From assembly GCA_965235115.1 (NCBI GenBank), contig OZ249443.1, positions 14,694,001 through 14,758,000 on the forward strand: DNA of 64,000 bases, given 5' to 3'. The position numbers and the translations under genes are program-made. The notes under the pieces are model-generated. The model was not told the DNA's origin and searched no databases. It saw only the letters and a program-made list of their open reading frames with translations. Shown piece after piece: positions 1-13,670 of this stretch (position 1 is its first letter; every line of letters starts with the position of its first letter). Source of the stretch: Laetmonice hystrix. Its lineage: Eukaryota.

Positions 1-506
1 GCATGACTGAAAACACAGAAAACAAAGAGAGATATTAGTTTGATAAGCCACCAGAGAACATGTTAATTGGTGCACACGTTTCGCAATCTGTATGGGGACG
101 GCTTGGAGGTGAGCGAAGTTACCACAGCAACAGCTTCTTACAATGAGCTATTGAAAAAAAATGACGCTTGCTAAAGTGAGATATTATTTGGTATTACTGC
201 AAACAATGATACAAAATGAGAAGTCATTTGGTACCATTGTTTGCATTAGTGAATACCACACCCCTTCCCACCCCCCGATTAAATGATTATCGGATTATAT
301 ATCCGGACGTCCAAGAGAAGACAAGTCTTTCAGCGTGGAGTGAGGAATTCGTGGTTTCCTTTTACAACATCAAAGGTAGAGATAATGGAGATGATGATCA
401 CCAATAACGAGCTATTGTTGTGTAAGACTGACAGCGAAACCTGCATACAGTGTGAGTCAATCATCAACTGATCTCACGATAAACAATGCAGTGGCAGGCC
501 AGCGGA

Positions 507-538
<32 letters not shown>
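507..538. repeat. (CAGC)8 tetranucleotide microsatellite
   Basis: Eight perfect CAGC units read directly. Confidence 0.95.
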
Positions 539-2653
539 AAGCCGGTCAAAGACAGCGTGAAATCGTTTGAGCCTTGCTTACTGCATGCCTCTCCTTCAGT
601 GATCTTTGTTTGCGACCACCACCAGTGTAGAGTGAAGCACTATTCGGATCGCCTTGGCGCACCCATCGACACCTCTCAGGATTTCACACACTCCAAGCAC
701 AAGTACGCGGAGAACAACTCTTCTGGTTTGTTCTGATCCAAAATAAGACATCGGACCTCTGCACAAGAAAGGTACGCCTGTTGGGTTTTTGGTGATAAGA
801 CTTAAGATTCGCAGCCTGGTGATAGACAATCGTAAAGCCTTTGACAGCGCCATGTGTGGCACACCACAAAGTGGAGAGAGTGTCACTTTCCCGTGAAGGA
901 CACCACCAAATTGGACACAACTATTAGAAGCTGGCAGATCCAAGTGCTTCGGTTTGTAATGCTGTACGTCTGAATCCATATCTAAACGCCGACTGCTCTT
1001 GACATTAACTTGAACAATGAATGTGTCAGACCAACTGTGACTGAAGTGATGCCTCTTCTTGCTGGCCCATTGTAAGCAGTGGTCACCGCCACTAAGGTGT
1101 TGAAGTGTGGGAACCATACAACCCACCTGGGACCTTCCCAAGTATGCACACAACCCTGGGAAAATCCCTCACTTTTACAAACAAACCCCAAAAATTCCAT
1201 AAAGAACGCATGATTGAGACCTATCGAAATGGGAATCTGATAGGGTTTAATGTCGCCATAACAGGGCATTTGCAATTCCTCTTCTGAACATGTTTGTTTT
1301 TCGGGGGTGAACTCTCAATGCCAGTCGCACACACACAGAGAACTTACGACCATTTAAGGCATACACCTGTTCATCGACAGTCCGGACCCCTTTCACCCTA
1401 CAAAACCCAAACCTCCATTACAAATGCCCATAATTTCCCTCAGACCGTCATACTGAATTTGACTAATTTGATTACAGGCCTCAAAATCTGCCAGTACTCA
1501 TTTCTCGCCTCTTGAATGTCCACCCTCACCTGGGCCGAGTCACTTTACATATATTTTACTCATTTTACATATAATCACAAACGCCGCCTGCCTCTACATA
1601 GAACTTCACAGGTCATTCCTGACATCATTCCAATACGATTTATACACTCTAAACCGCGACAAATACGCCAGTGATGACCTAAAACGATAATGCCCATAAA
1701 AATGATGGCATTTTATACAAAATCTTGCAGATTTCGACATGAGGTGAGAAAATATGTGAAGTATTGCTGTGGACGTGTCGTCCTGGTTGACACCCCTGTC
1801 CTGTCTAATTACAAGCGGTGCGGTACCGAGACGAGCTCGACTGTCCCATTAACTCACTCAGCGCTTTCTTATGATAATCATTTTACAACCCCTGAATCGC
1901 ATCAAGAAAAACATCAAGACCTATATTTGCCCCGAAGGTCATCAAAACCCAGTTAAAATCATTATTGGTGAAAGTTCAATAATTGGGGTCGTCTGTGAAC
2001 ATAGACTGGGCCCGTAAAACTGGCCGGTAAATAGTTGGCTTCGACTCTTTAGAGGGTAGAAGGCCGAGCACAGAGGGTTGGTTAGTTTAATGGGGAAACA
2101 ATTACACTCTATTTGAGCTGCCTTCATTTGTCGACCTTTTGAGCTGTCAGTTAACTTTCTAACAGCCCTTATTCACCTTGGACAAAATGCTACCTTTTGA
2201 TGTCCAACCTCATTACGACTTGAGTTGAGAGAGAAACACTATATTCATTTGGCGGCTGATTTAGACTTGTAAGAAATTTTTCGGGAACTGAGGTTGATGC
2301 ACTGTGGCAACCTGATACCGGGCATTTAGGTATTCCATAAAATTCTCATTTGAAAAAATAAATTATCTCCGCGTACATTGAAAGAATCACTTTCATTAAG
2401 CTGGAAAAGTGATCTTTAATGATTTCCTAATGTTTTTCCGGTACATAATGACTTAATCGACAAACAAATGTTGTCTAGCAGCAAGTTTTCTTACGGCCTT
2501 TTGATAAAAATACAAGTTATGTTTGTTTTCGCTAAAGAAATGTCTCTGCTACCACATACCACTAGTTTAATAGACTTCAATATACAGGCACGCCCCCATG
2601 ATGCCATCGATAAGTCTTAAACAGAAGATAACCAGACTTTCAGTTTCCTTCAG

Positions 2654-2779
2654 GTGGAGATTACAGATACGAGTCCCAAGATTTTTAAGGCGGTTCGGCA
2701 TGCAAGCATTATGCAAGACTTTCGTGAGGAGAGCAAGTCCCCCGAGTGGGCAAACTGTCGTGAAAACACGCAACCTCCG
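2654..2779 (+). CDS. Weak candidate internal exon (42 codons, phase 0-0), product unknown
   Basis: Acceptor actttcagtttccttcAG, donor ccg|GTaaca, open frame VEITDTSPKIFKAVRHASIMQDFREESKSPEWANCRENTQPP; no recognisable domain. Confidence 0.15.
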
Positions 2780-5700
2780 GTAACACGGCAGGAGAAGATG
2801 AAACATCGGTGTCCGAGTTCTGTTTGAACTCTTGTCTCCACTCAACGGGAACCTCAGGTAACCATCCGGGAGGAGGTAACGAACGTAACAATGGGTCAAT
2901 TGTTACTTCATCAAGTGTAGCCAGAGACGGACTCTCTTCTCCGACCTCGTGGGTCATTTCTTCAGAGGGGGAGGGGAAGGGGACCCAGGGTGTTGTAAGG
3001 GTGGGCCCCGATAAAATATGTTCGAGTGGAGTAGGCCTGTGTACAGTACAGAATAGGCACTAGCACCATCACAGCAGATCTGGCTCAATTCTACCACTGA
3101 ACCTAAATCTGGCGGAGGTCTGGTAAAGGACCACGTTGAAAGTCCTAAAAGTAATCGTGTAGACATTCTTACCGGACCAGAGGAGGGTAAACTCCAGACT
3201 GGACTGCGTCGTGTGACGTCCCTAGAGTGGGAGTCCATGAAAGGCTGGCACCCCGCTAAGAGAGAACAGTCAATATTAGAGTAGGACGACTAGATTGTTT
3301 TCTTGGTTTCCCATTCACACAATGCTGCATTCCGGTCGGCCTGGTCGTTACCCAACACCAGGTCATCCTCCCTCGCGGCAGCCTTACCTGGCTACCGACT
3401 CACATCAAAGATCTACCTGGAGCTACCTGTACACACAAGCAACCCCACCTCCCCACCCAACCCCTTTTCTACCCAATCATCTCCTCAAGAAAAAGCTCAA
3501 ATTACGACCGAAAGCGTACAAAGCTGGTGACCAGTCGCAGGCAAGTCGTCCTCACAATGCCAGACAATCCCCTGACTCGACTGAAGGACAATCGCGAGTA
3601 TTAACGACTGACTTGGAGGCCAATGTCGAGTGGTTAATGTCAAGTCCCTCAAGGATTCAACGTTGGTTAATGAACATATTGTGGCGACTATTTAACCTGT
3701 AGGGGGAACAATACCTCCCGCAGCTCCAGTCTCAACGTTTCCAAGTCTGTCCCTGATCCAATCAACGAAAGCTGGTCAGGATTCCAAGGGCGACGTTTAG
3801 GTCGGAAGTGCTCCCCCAAACTTTGGCCAATTCTTTATCCTTCAGCGGTGAAGCAGACTAAAGCTGCACTTCAGATTCAGTTCTGATCTTCTTTTTGCAA
3901 GCAACAATACGTGCATTGACTATTTTTGGACCGACTGAAGTGTGTCCATTTGGAGAAAATGGGCAGCAAAGAAAAGTGCCTCACAATGTCCAACCCAGCG
4001 GCAACCTCAGATTCCAGAGCGATATAATATCTGTAGGTCATTGTAAACTCTCCATACCCTGCCTATTCCTGGCTTCATATACATATATTACTCCCTCAGA
4101 ATTTCACTATTTTGTTAAAATACCATTCCATACGCACTTCACTACTTGAAACACCATACACCCTCTACTGGGCATGTAACTTAACCTCGATCATTCCAGT
4201 GCTGCCGCCTTGCGTACCACGCCATGGTTCCTCAAGGGGACATCATTAGCGGACTGAGGTCCAGGGGACAATCACTTTTTAACATGTGTTCCTCTAAACG
4301 TTACTAGCTTGCTAAAGGCCATCTGTGCTATTCTAATTTATCATCCATCAGATCACTTCATGAAAAACCATTAGAGGTTGACCTAGTATTCCATAGTTCG
4401 ACCCCGAAGTAATTAAAGTAGTCCACTTGAAAAAACAAAGGACATGTAGCTGTTTCTTTTGTCCTTGTCCTGACACCTGTAGAACTTCAAACGCTGGTCT
4501 TAGTGTTGACACCTTGTGGATCGTGTCAGCGTGTGAAAGTAACCACCTTACCTGAGATATTTCCTCTGACCCCCTTCACAGGGTAGAGTAGATCAGCACA
4601 GGTGAGAACTAATTAACGTACAGTCAACCATCTGGCCAATTCGAGTCTTTGTCTCAGGCTTGGTATTTTTTATACTTCCAACTGTCACTGTCACTGTTTA
4701 TACATGTATCTGGACTTATCTTCACCCCGGTCGTCGAGATTGGCTGGGTGCAGAGTCAGTTTTAGAGGAGGGAAACCAATGTAATCTTATAGAGACCTCC
4801 ACCAGTTTCTGGTAAACTCTCCCTGACAACGTTATGAAGTACTCCTGTAACCTGATTACCACTGACAAATTAACTTTCATTCATGGTGGGAATCAGCATA
4901 TTCCGTGATGGTAGTGAAATTGATGAAGGATGAAATTCTGTGTAGGAAATTAATTGTATCAGGTGTCCAATTGTTGTTAGGTGTGGGGCGGGTTACCTTG
5001 AAGTGTGGTGTCTCCTTCCGCATTGCTGTATAGTACGTATGCTTCACTGAAGATTCCACTATACGACAGGTGTCGGAACTGTCTCATGATCTTGTGTACC
5101 TTTCTCTACGCACAACTTTCTTTACCTCATTGAGAACAATACCAAAACCATATTCATGGCTGGACTCGTTCTCTTAACCTAGACAATAACTCGCTTCCTC
5201 TCGCCTGATCTCCAATGTGGTGACTGTCTCTCCAAGACGGCCAGGTTCTCCAAGGCGCCGAACCATTCAGCCAATGTTGATGCGATGCTAGACCGGGCTA
5301 ACATCGAGAACTGTATTTAACCCTGGGGGTTCCCGAGGGACCATACAATAAAGCCACCGCAATGCCCACAGATGTAAAATTACATATACTGCACGACCCC
5401 CTCTAGTGGTCTGTTGAGAAACTGTTACTGGACACAATGAGTTCGGAAACAATATGTCCGGCCTTGCCTCCTGATTTAATAACAGGCCTCGGGTTGCCCG
5501 CAAGTAAACGCTGCTGGGACGGGAAGAATGCTTCAAAGAGGACGCGGGTCAGACGGCAAGAAAAGGACATGGCTGGAGCTAGCGTAATACCCCACAACAC
5601 CTTACGGAACACGTCGGGCAAATCAGTTTGAAAATACAAACCTCGCCAGGGTCCAACCCTCCTTTTTGTCCCTTAGGGAATGGTACCAGTCTGGAGTCTG

Positions 5701-7485
5701 AAAGCGGTTTCTTTATCTTATATACGGACGTCCCAACTCTGAATCTTTATCTGCCATCGTTACGTGCAGGGGCCACTTCTCAAATGGTCTTGTATAAGGA
5801 ACCAGACATCGCGGTGGTAATTGCTACCTGCATGAATTCTTTCCTCTCCTTAGAGTAGATTTAGTCGGCATTTTTGCAGAAGGAACATTAAGGTATGGGG
5901 TATTATTCAACTGATTCTAAAGTAAGAGTTGTATTTAAGCAAAGTCATATAAAACAAAATTAAAGGATCAAAATAAAATTAAGAATATCAAATGCTTTGC
6001 TTGAACTCTATATAGTTGGTTTATACTTCCGCAACTCCGTTCCAACCGACTCAACCTCCCTTACCCTACCCATACCCCCCCCCCCCCCCACTGAGAAGAA
6101 CCACAAGGTGCTGATCAGGAAAACTTCAGGGGGTCCCGTGCCCCCATGGTGAATCCATACTGTGACCCTCTGTGGCCAGGATGTCCTTCATACTATACAC
6201 AAAAGACATCGAGGCAAACTGTAATGACGTTCCGAGTGATGGTCGACGAGTCAAGGTTACCCCCTCCGTCCGTCCCCTCATCTACTGGCCTTGACTATCA
6301 TCGGCTATACAGACACTAGAGGTCCACAAGGCAACGCTGAAGAACCCTCAAAATCTTAATTCCTGCCACCGAAAACAATGCTGAGAGTCACCTGGTGGCA
6401 CTCAAGGACACTCGAGGACAAGAGCTGCCATTGGTCATTGTCACCTTCCTGCGTCACAGTAAAGTGAACCCCTTGACTTTCCTATTAGCACGGGAAAGCC
6501 TATTTTTTGGATGATTATCGGCTATTGTCGTTCTAAGTCGCCAAGATCCTGATCTATTCCACAAATAGAACAACTCTTTCAACGGAAGTCCGAATTTATC
6601 CATTCACTCTATTTGACTAAGTTTATCTATACTTCCCGAAACTGACGGAGATAGTAATGAAACTTGTATGCTTGCATAAGAAACTTTAAAAAAATAATTG
6701 CTCTTATTTAAACACTAAGTTTAGGGAGGGAAAACTTCCAACAACCATGAACAATTCAGCAGTGTTTGCAATTTGAAAAGGCTGACCTGAAAGTCACTTT
6801 TAACCGCTGTCTGAGGGAGGTATCTCTTGACACCCCAGGTGTCTGGTAATTAACCGTAGGGATGTTAACGATGTGGGACAGGGACCTAAACTGTTTGGTT
6901 AAACTGTGAACAACCTGAGCCGTCCCACAGCAGGCGTACACGTCCCGTCCTCCACGCTCCACCATGGCCGTCCAAAGAGACACTCAGATACCGGTATTCT
7001 CACAGTAACGTCATCATTAAGTAATCCTTTTGTCTTCTGCTTCTTTTCTTGATGGTATCTAATTACCCCAACCCCGTACTTCAATTAGAGACTTGGCCTT
7101 TCTAACTCTACCAATTGATCAACTGTATACGACCATTGTTAGCTGCTTCTAAAGTATATTAGAGGGAAGGAGTCCATGGAAAGGAGGCAATTTGTATAAT
7201 CTGTCAAAAGTGTTGTGCACTTCTTCGTCTGGCATCAACATTTGAATTGGACCATGTTATGCCATATTGTTTGACAACCTGATTAATAGATTTAGAGTCA
7301 ACAGAACTTCACTGTCTTCCATCGTCACATCCTTGGTTCTATCGTTATCAAGACCGTGACTTTCCATGGCTTTTTGAGTCTGGTATCAGAGGTGCTGATA
7401 CGCTATCAATGGTTTCGTCTCCTAATGGTTGCTAACTCATTCAACACCCGTTTTCGTTAATGGTATCGGGTGACCGAGATGTATG

Positions 7486-7723
7486 GTTGCCGCTAGTAAC
7501 CGTATCCGCCAATGGCAACGCTATCCATCACCTAGCAACGCAGGGTGTTGTAACTCCCGCAACGTCACAACCCGTAATGGTCACCACGGCGACTGTTGTC
7601 ACGGCGACTGACGCCACGGGCACACCGTCAGAGGTCAGAGGTCAGGACCTTCGTGCAACATGCCGAGAAAAATGTCGCCGTAAGCCACGTGGTAGGATTT
7701 CCTGGATAGATTAAATTCACGTG
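7486..7723. promoter_or_regulatory. Cluster of TF-site-like motifs: RFX X-box, DR1 nuclear-receptor element, two CACGTG E-boxes
   Basis: GTTGCC-GCT-AGTAAC at 7486-7500; AGGTCA-G-AGGTCA at 7632-7644; CACGTG at 7686 and 7718; CpG-rich context. Motif match only. Confidence 0.4.
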
Positions 7724-8687
7724 GAGAGAATTAGTTGCTCCGACCAGGACGGTTCAGCTGGCGGTCAGGTCGCTCGATCTCTGACTTCTTGACTTCTTGA
7801 CTCACTGACCATGTCAAGGCTTATCGAGGTGATGGATGAATTACAAAATGTGGTGTCACTCTCTGGTTAGTCGGGATTAACAGGTAATCTTGGTGATATC
7901 ATTTATCATCTCAACAGTTGACGTCGATTTGATAGGATTTGTATATAATCCATGCCAAATTTAGTCTTTTTCTGTCACACCTCTAACTGGCGTCTCTGAT
8001 AACTTTCACTCCATATTCAGTGCACCTTCCTAAATCAGTGAATATCTATATTTCAATCCCGTTATAGACCTACTTATACCCAAAAACTTTAAAACTTTCT
8101 TCTTATATTATCCTAACAAGAAAAACGAAAGGCATGACACTGATTTCTTGTCACTGCCAACAATCCCGACGACATGTCGACTTATCCAACAGTTGACCAA
8201 CATTTGTCACAGCAGGTCGAGATATATGTCAATTATTCCATGAATGGCGCTCGCCAGCTGCCTTGCCCACCAGGACATCGTCTGCAGAAACTCCCCTCTA
8301 ATGGAAACTGAGAAACTCATGGAACTTTACCAAGTCCATGAACCCAAGGTTAGGGTCTGACCATGAACCAGGATCGGCGGGGGGCTAATCTAGGTGGATT
8401 CCTTCCCCGCCTTTCTAATGTCGGATTCTGAACATTTATTCTTCATATTAGAAACTCGTTTCGGTGAGGGAGGGGGTGGCGGACCTCCACAGAGTAAAAT
8501 GTTCAGAATCGACTGAGGTGCTCGACACTGGAAATATCATTAAATTAACAATACCAGACCCCATTTCGAATAGACCCCCCTAAATTGATTATTCAGCTGT
8601 TTGATTTTAAAGCACACACAGGTTAACCTGGGTGTAAGTCTAAGGTTTATGTAGACAAGGTTCACATTGTGTCCACCAGGTTGGTCG

Positions 8688-8720
8688 ACGTCTTGCAGCG
8701 TGCGAACACGTGCAAGACGT
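8688..8720. other. Hairpin/cruciform-capable inverted repeat (14 bp stem, 1-nt bulge, CGAA loop)
   Basis: acgtcttgca-g-cgtg-CGAA-cacg-tgcaagacgt. Confidence 0.8.
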
Positions 8721-9945
8721 GTGTGTGTGCCCAGAGTCACAAATGGCCAGCGGCTGCACGTGATAGCAATCGAAGCCGTGACAGCGTCGGTGACAGTGTC
8801 AATGACGATGTCAGTGCAACTCTCATGACATGACCTCAACATTCCAACGCAGCAACGTTAAGTAAAGTACTTTAGAATTGGGCAAGCTCTCTTCCCATTC
8901 CACGCGACAGTATAGGTAGCCAAAACACGCATACATTCTCGGGAAGGACATGCTGAAGAAATAATATCCATAATTCTGACAAATAGCATGGACCTAAAAC
9001 TATCAGTTTTGTGACAGTAGAGGTTCTATAGCAAACACAATGCCAAATCTCAACATCTGACTTCATTATACAGAGATGACACTTGGCCATACGGACAATC
9101 ATCGACTCTAATGTATTCAGGATTTGAACAAACATGTAGACTTACTGTGGACGGTAAGTAGACCATTATTGACGTAAACTGCCAACTTCAGCTGACCTAG
9201 AAAGAAATCACAAAATATCTCATTACGAGGGGTAAACATAATAATTAAGGTATAGAACATGCCAACGTCCTCACTAAGTGAGCAAAAGGGTGCAATCATC
9301 GTGTCACGGCAGATTATTCGCCCTATCGGTTGCCAGGGAGTATATTTCTCTTAATCACATAATTTGAGCAAAATTAATTTGGCCTTGCGACGAAAAAATG
9401 TTTTAACATTTCATATATATGAAAAATAAACATTAAGATGGGAAGTACACTTTGCATGTTGAAAAAATAATAAATAGAATCTCTTACAAACAATATATAG
9501 CCATAGCCTTTTTAAACCCCATTCTGTTGGCCCATATTCAACTCATGTGCCTCGTCGCGCTCGACTGCATGTGGCACTAGTTGATATTTATCTAATAAAC
9601 TATGCCATGCTGTCCATTAAAAGACCCATTCAAACGTGAGGAATATCTTCTGAACATATTGTTGACGTTATTACTTATACCACGCGTCACCTGTAAGGAA
9701 ACTGGGCGGCCAGTTTCTGCGGCACGAACGACTAGCTTGTCGGAAACCTGGCCGGTCGTACCAAACCCAGCCCACTTGGCATGTCAACAATATCACAACC
9801 CCGACACGACATGTTCTTGTAAAATTTGAGCTCAATTAGTGTCACCAAAATTCTAGGGTTTCCACGAAGGGGGTGGGCCAAACTGGTAATAACATCTCAG
9901 TAAATGGTAAGGTCAAAGTCTGAGTCCAGGTACACGGGCCAGTGG

Positions 9946-10073
9946 TGAGGGGTAGATAGGTTGAAACCCTTCAGGTACATGTACTGGGGTCAAGGTTGAG
10001 GGGTATAGTTTGAACCCCCCTCAAGGCACGACTCGCCGCCTTAGGGTTGGAGGGGTAGAGTTTGAACCCCTCC
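9946..10073. repeat. Three degenerate hairpin-forming units spaced about 50 bp
   Basis: tgaggggt..acccttca (9946-9973), ttgagggg..cccctcaa (9996-10024), ggaggggt..acccctcc (10049-10073); loops share ag(t/g)ttga. Confidence 0.7.
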
Positions 10074-12792
10074 CCATGGGACTGTAGGTTCCACTGACTG
10101 GTGATATAGGGGGTAACAAACAACCTTTGATAGTGATATTCCTAATACCACCTCTGTAAATACAGAGCTCACAGTAAGCGTTATATTCTCAGGTTAAGCA
10201 TTTTGATGGATTTGTTTTTGTGAAATGAATACTTTTCCAATCCATAAGCAATAAATCAACCAACTCATAAAATACATATAAAGTACCTGTCCCTGGCAGA
10301 TATTGTGAAACTGGAGTTTCCGATTCAACTTTCCCACCACTTAATTTACCCCCTCTTCCGTCCTGCCCCCTGAAATCCCTAATCTCGAAATCTTAATTTC
10401 CAAAAACCTCATGAGGTCCTTCCAGTGTACCCTAAACAGAATCCAGTGTGAAACCAGCAAGACATTTGTAATAATCAAGTCTGGAGACATTTCTACATAA
10501 AACAGTTGGTACCCCTGATTAAATCTACCGTCCCAGACACGGCTCTCCATGCTCGCCAATATCACGGCAAACTTTGATAAGCTAATTAAGAAATCTAATT
10601 AACTACTCCAATCAACCCCTGCGTACAACCATATTCGGTAGCTTTTCCAACCACCGTATCCAAGCTATAGCCATGTTCTACACCACACGACCCGGGAAAA
10701 TAACAGCCGCTTAATAAGCTGTAAGAACAACATTGGCAGACCAGTAGCGTAATGCCAACCTCAACTTATGTTTCATTCCAAGCACAAAATCATTAGCTAA
10801 GACAATAAACACAGCAGCTAAACCAGCACGTTTCACTATAGGGAAGTGCAACTTCTCGTTTCTGTCTTGAACCTGAATATTCTTTGTGTGTTAAGTCGAT
10901 ACCCGAGTTGTTTAATGTGTTTCAATAGCCCTGCCTCGTGGGTAGGTTGGAATAGCATCTCCAATACAAATATGTCATGCCTCTCGTGGCTCTCCAGTTT
11001 ACCATGTTCTTTATGAGTCCAGACACTTACTTTTACCATGTTTATGGCTGTTATAGCTGTCCTGACCAGTTTCCCTACTCAAACCTTTCAAAGTTTTCAC
11101 GAGCTCTTTGATTGAATACCTGACTGGTAGACAGGTGTCAGAATGGTTGAGTATGAGGCTGAGTCAGGTGCCCTCCATCCTCGTCCGACAGGACAGGGAG
11201 AGATGCCAGGACAGGATATATGAGTATCGCTGGCAACGACTCCTCCTCCTTTCAAAGTAGGTTATCAATTAGTCCCGTGTCCGCCTTACATAGGGGGAGG
11301 GGGCTGGGGGCTCCACCCCTGAAAAATGTCATCTTTGTCAGTGGGAGGAATATAAAGATAAATTCGGTGACATATGAATGATTGCCGTCAATGTCAGTGA
11401 AAACTTTCACGGCCGTGATGGCATTTTTACCTTGACACGCTCAGGTTGTTGCGATGGTTAAACAAGATGGCAGGGAGGACGTGTGGGTCAGCCGAACCCT
11501 GATACTCAACTTATGTCAACAGTCACGTCCAGGCCCAGACAGAACCTGTTGGTCGCAGACGTAACACTGTTTGTTTACATTCTGAGGTCGTCTGGCCTGA
11601 GTTGGCGGTCTCAAATAGCACATCAAAGGGACTCGGAATGGTCGACATATTGGGCAACTACTATAACCGGGCCGGTCTAAGTCGGGAAGTTATCCTCAAC
11701 GTCCACTCAGCTACAATCCAGAACAAAGCCAGCGTCGATTTGCAGCTGTTGGAGGCAGCGATAAGCTAACGCTGTCTCCTGAATCTGTGAACCGTAGCTG
11801 GTCTAAAGAACTGCTATACAATCCAGCAGAATTAGCAAGGTCAAAGTTTCAAATCTGAGGTCGTAATTAAAGTGGAAGGATGCAGCCACCAGGGTACATC
11901 TCACCCTTTCGATATCTATAAATAGCCATTGCTATATTTCAGTACAGTATCCATGGAAACCGGTGATAAACGATGATAAACTCTTCTTTTCCTCAAATAA
12001 GAACCAGAGAAGACCCCTACTTATGAAGGCGTGAATTAATCAGAAATTTGTTTCCTCGTTCTCTATCAGAGAGAGAAATCTCTGCCTCCTCAGGGGGTGA
12101 GGTGGGGGGCCCACTCTGGATATCATTAAGACACAGATAAAACAAACAATGTCGTATTTCGCCATCAGTATTGTACGCCAGCGTCGACGGCTCTCCCTAC
12201 CAGTGTCCAATCACGGACCCTTGGGGGCCTAATATAGAGAACTGATACAATATACAAACTTCAAACGGAGCCTTTACCCTTTATCTCTAGATATATATTC
12301 CTCCAGATTGGACCATCTGATTATTCAGCTGTGCTACAATTCCAGCTTTGTAGATATTGATACATATAAGAAACAAGCTGCGCTTTGTAGCTCAGAAACT
12401 GATTGTTAATACGTTGGTCTCTGTTTATCCTGCTCAGCTAGTGCCGACTGACTGGACACAGGTCTTCCAAAGGATACCTAAATCTAAGCCCTCATGCTGC
12501 CTGCTTAAGGAAAGTATATTAAGTTACGGAGTACAACAAAAAGCAGGTAGGCGAGGATACTCGCATCTTGGACCACAAAGCGAATCAGCTGCAAGAAATC
12601 CACCGGGGGCAAATAAATCCTAGCGACCTGTCAGTGTCCCTCAAACACAATCTCTGACCGCTGTCCGGGGGTTAGGGACAGGAGGGTTGCAACCTGAGAC
12701 CTTAGGGTCTGGTTGGGGCAAATGGCAGTGCCCTGTCAGGTGAATGTCCACTACCTTTGATATGTATCTGTGCCCTTCTGCTCCTTTGTCAG

Positions 12793-12917
12793 AGATATGT
12801 TTTATCTTGGTCAAGAATGACATCAATGCCAGTTTGCTGGACACTGTGCAAATCTTACCTCCAGCTTATTCAGAGCTACCTGAGGGATATGCGTACTTAA
12901 AACACAATAAAACAGAT
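12793..12917 (+). CDS. Weak candidate internal exon, product unknown
   Basis: Acceptor ccttctgctcctttgtcAG, donor gat|GTgagc, open frame ICFILVKNDINASLLDTVQILPPAYSELPEGYAYLKHNKTD (part of ORF 12744-13043); no recognisable domain. Confidence 0.2.
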
Positions 12918-13634
12918 GTGAGCTTCATTGTGGGACAAAAAAGGGGGGGTAAACCCCCAATTTGTGGACGCCTAATTAATAGAAATCTAGAGTATGAAGC
13001 ATCAGTGAATATTCAGCAGTTCTGTTGTCATGGAAACTTGTAAATTCAGAAATTTACCTATGAAGGAAACTTAGGTGGATGATGCTCATGGGAATTTCTA
13101 AACCATTCAGCAAGAAAAGACTTGAGTCTTGTGGTGGGTGGTTCAGATGAAGTAGCTACACACTTAATATTCCACTTAGTGTGTCGGAGAAAACTATAAT
13201 TTACAGCCTGGTATGAACAGTGACAAATTATTCCTGCGACATGCCCTGAGCAGTACATACTCTCTCCCCCCAGTATATATGCCCCGTGGGATAGATTACT
13301 TGGGGAGGGTTAATTCACCGGACACCCTATACAATAACACCTGAGCCGAGCACACCTGTGTCTTATTAAGGGTTTCACCTGCCCCCATTATTCCCATCCC
13401 ATCCCAACCCCTGAACCTTAAAAAGTACAACGCCATGCAACATGGCACGGTATCATGCTGCTATAGGAACATGTTCAACATGCCAGGTCACATAGACGCT
13501 GACACGGCCTAACTGTTGTCCAAAACCTACACCATGGAAACTGGTTGTAAGAATTACCCTCAAACCTGGTAATTTATGTTATTACGGCCCAACGGGGGGC
13601 AGAGTGGTAATTATGATTGCCTGTAATCAATGGA

Positions 13635-13670
13635 GGGTTGGGTGGGTGGGCGGAGGGCTGGGGAGGGGGG
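13635..13670 (+). other. G-quadruplex-capable tract (7 G-runs)
   Basis: gggttgggtgggtgggcggagggctggggagggggg fits G3+N1-7 x4 several times over. Confidence 0.7.

Noticed and set aside
596-1153. Longest ORF (185 aa, minus strand) as a gene
   Set aside because: No recognisable domain, no convincing splice boundaries, and the length is within what chance can give in 64 kb.
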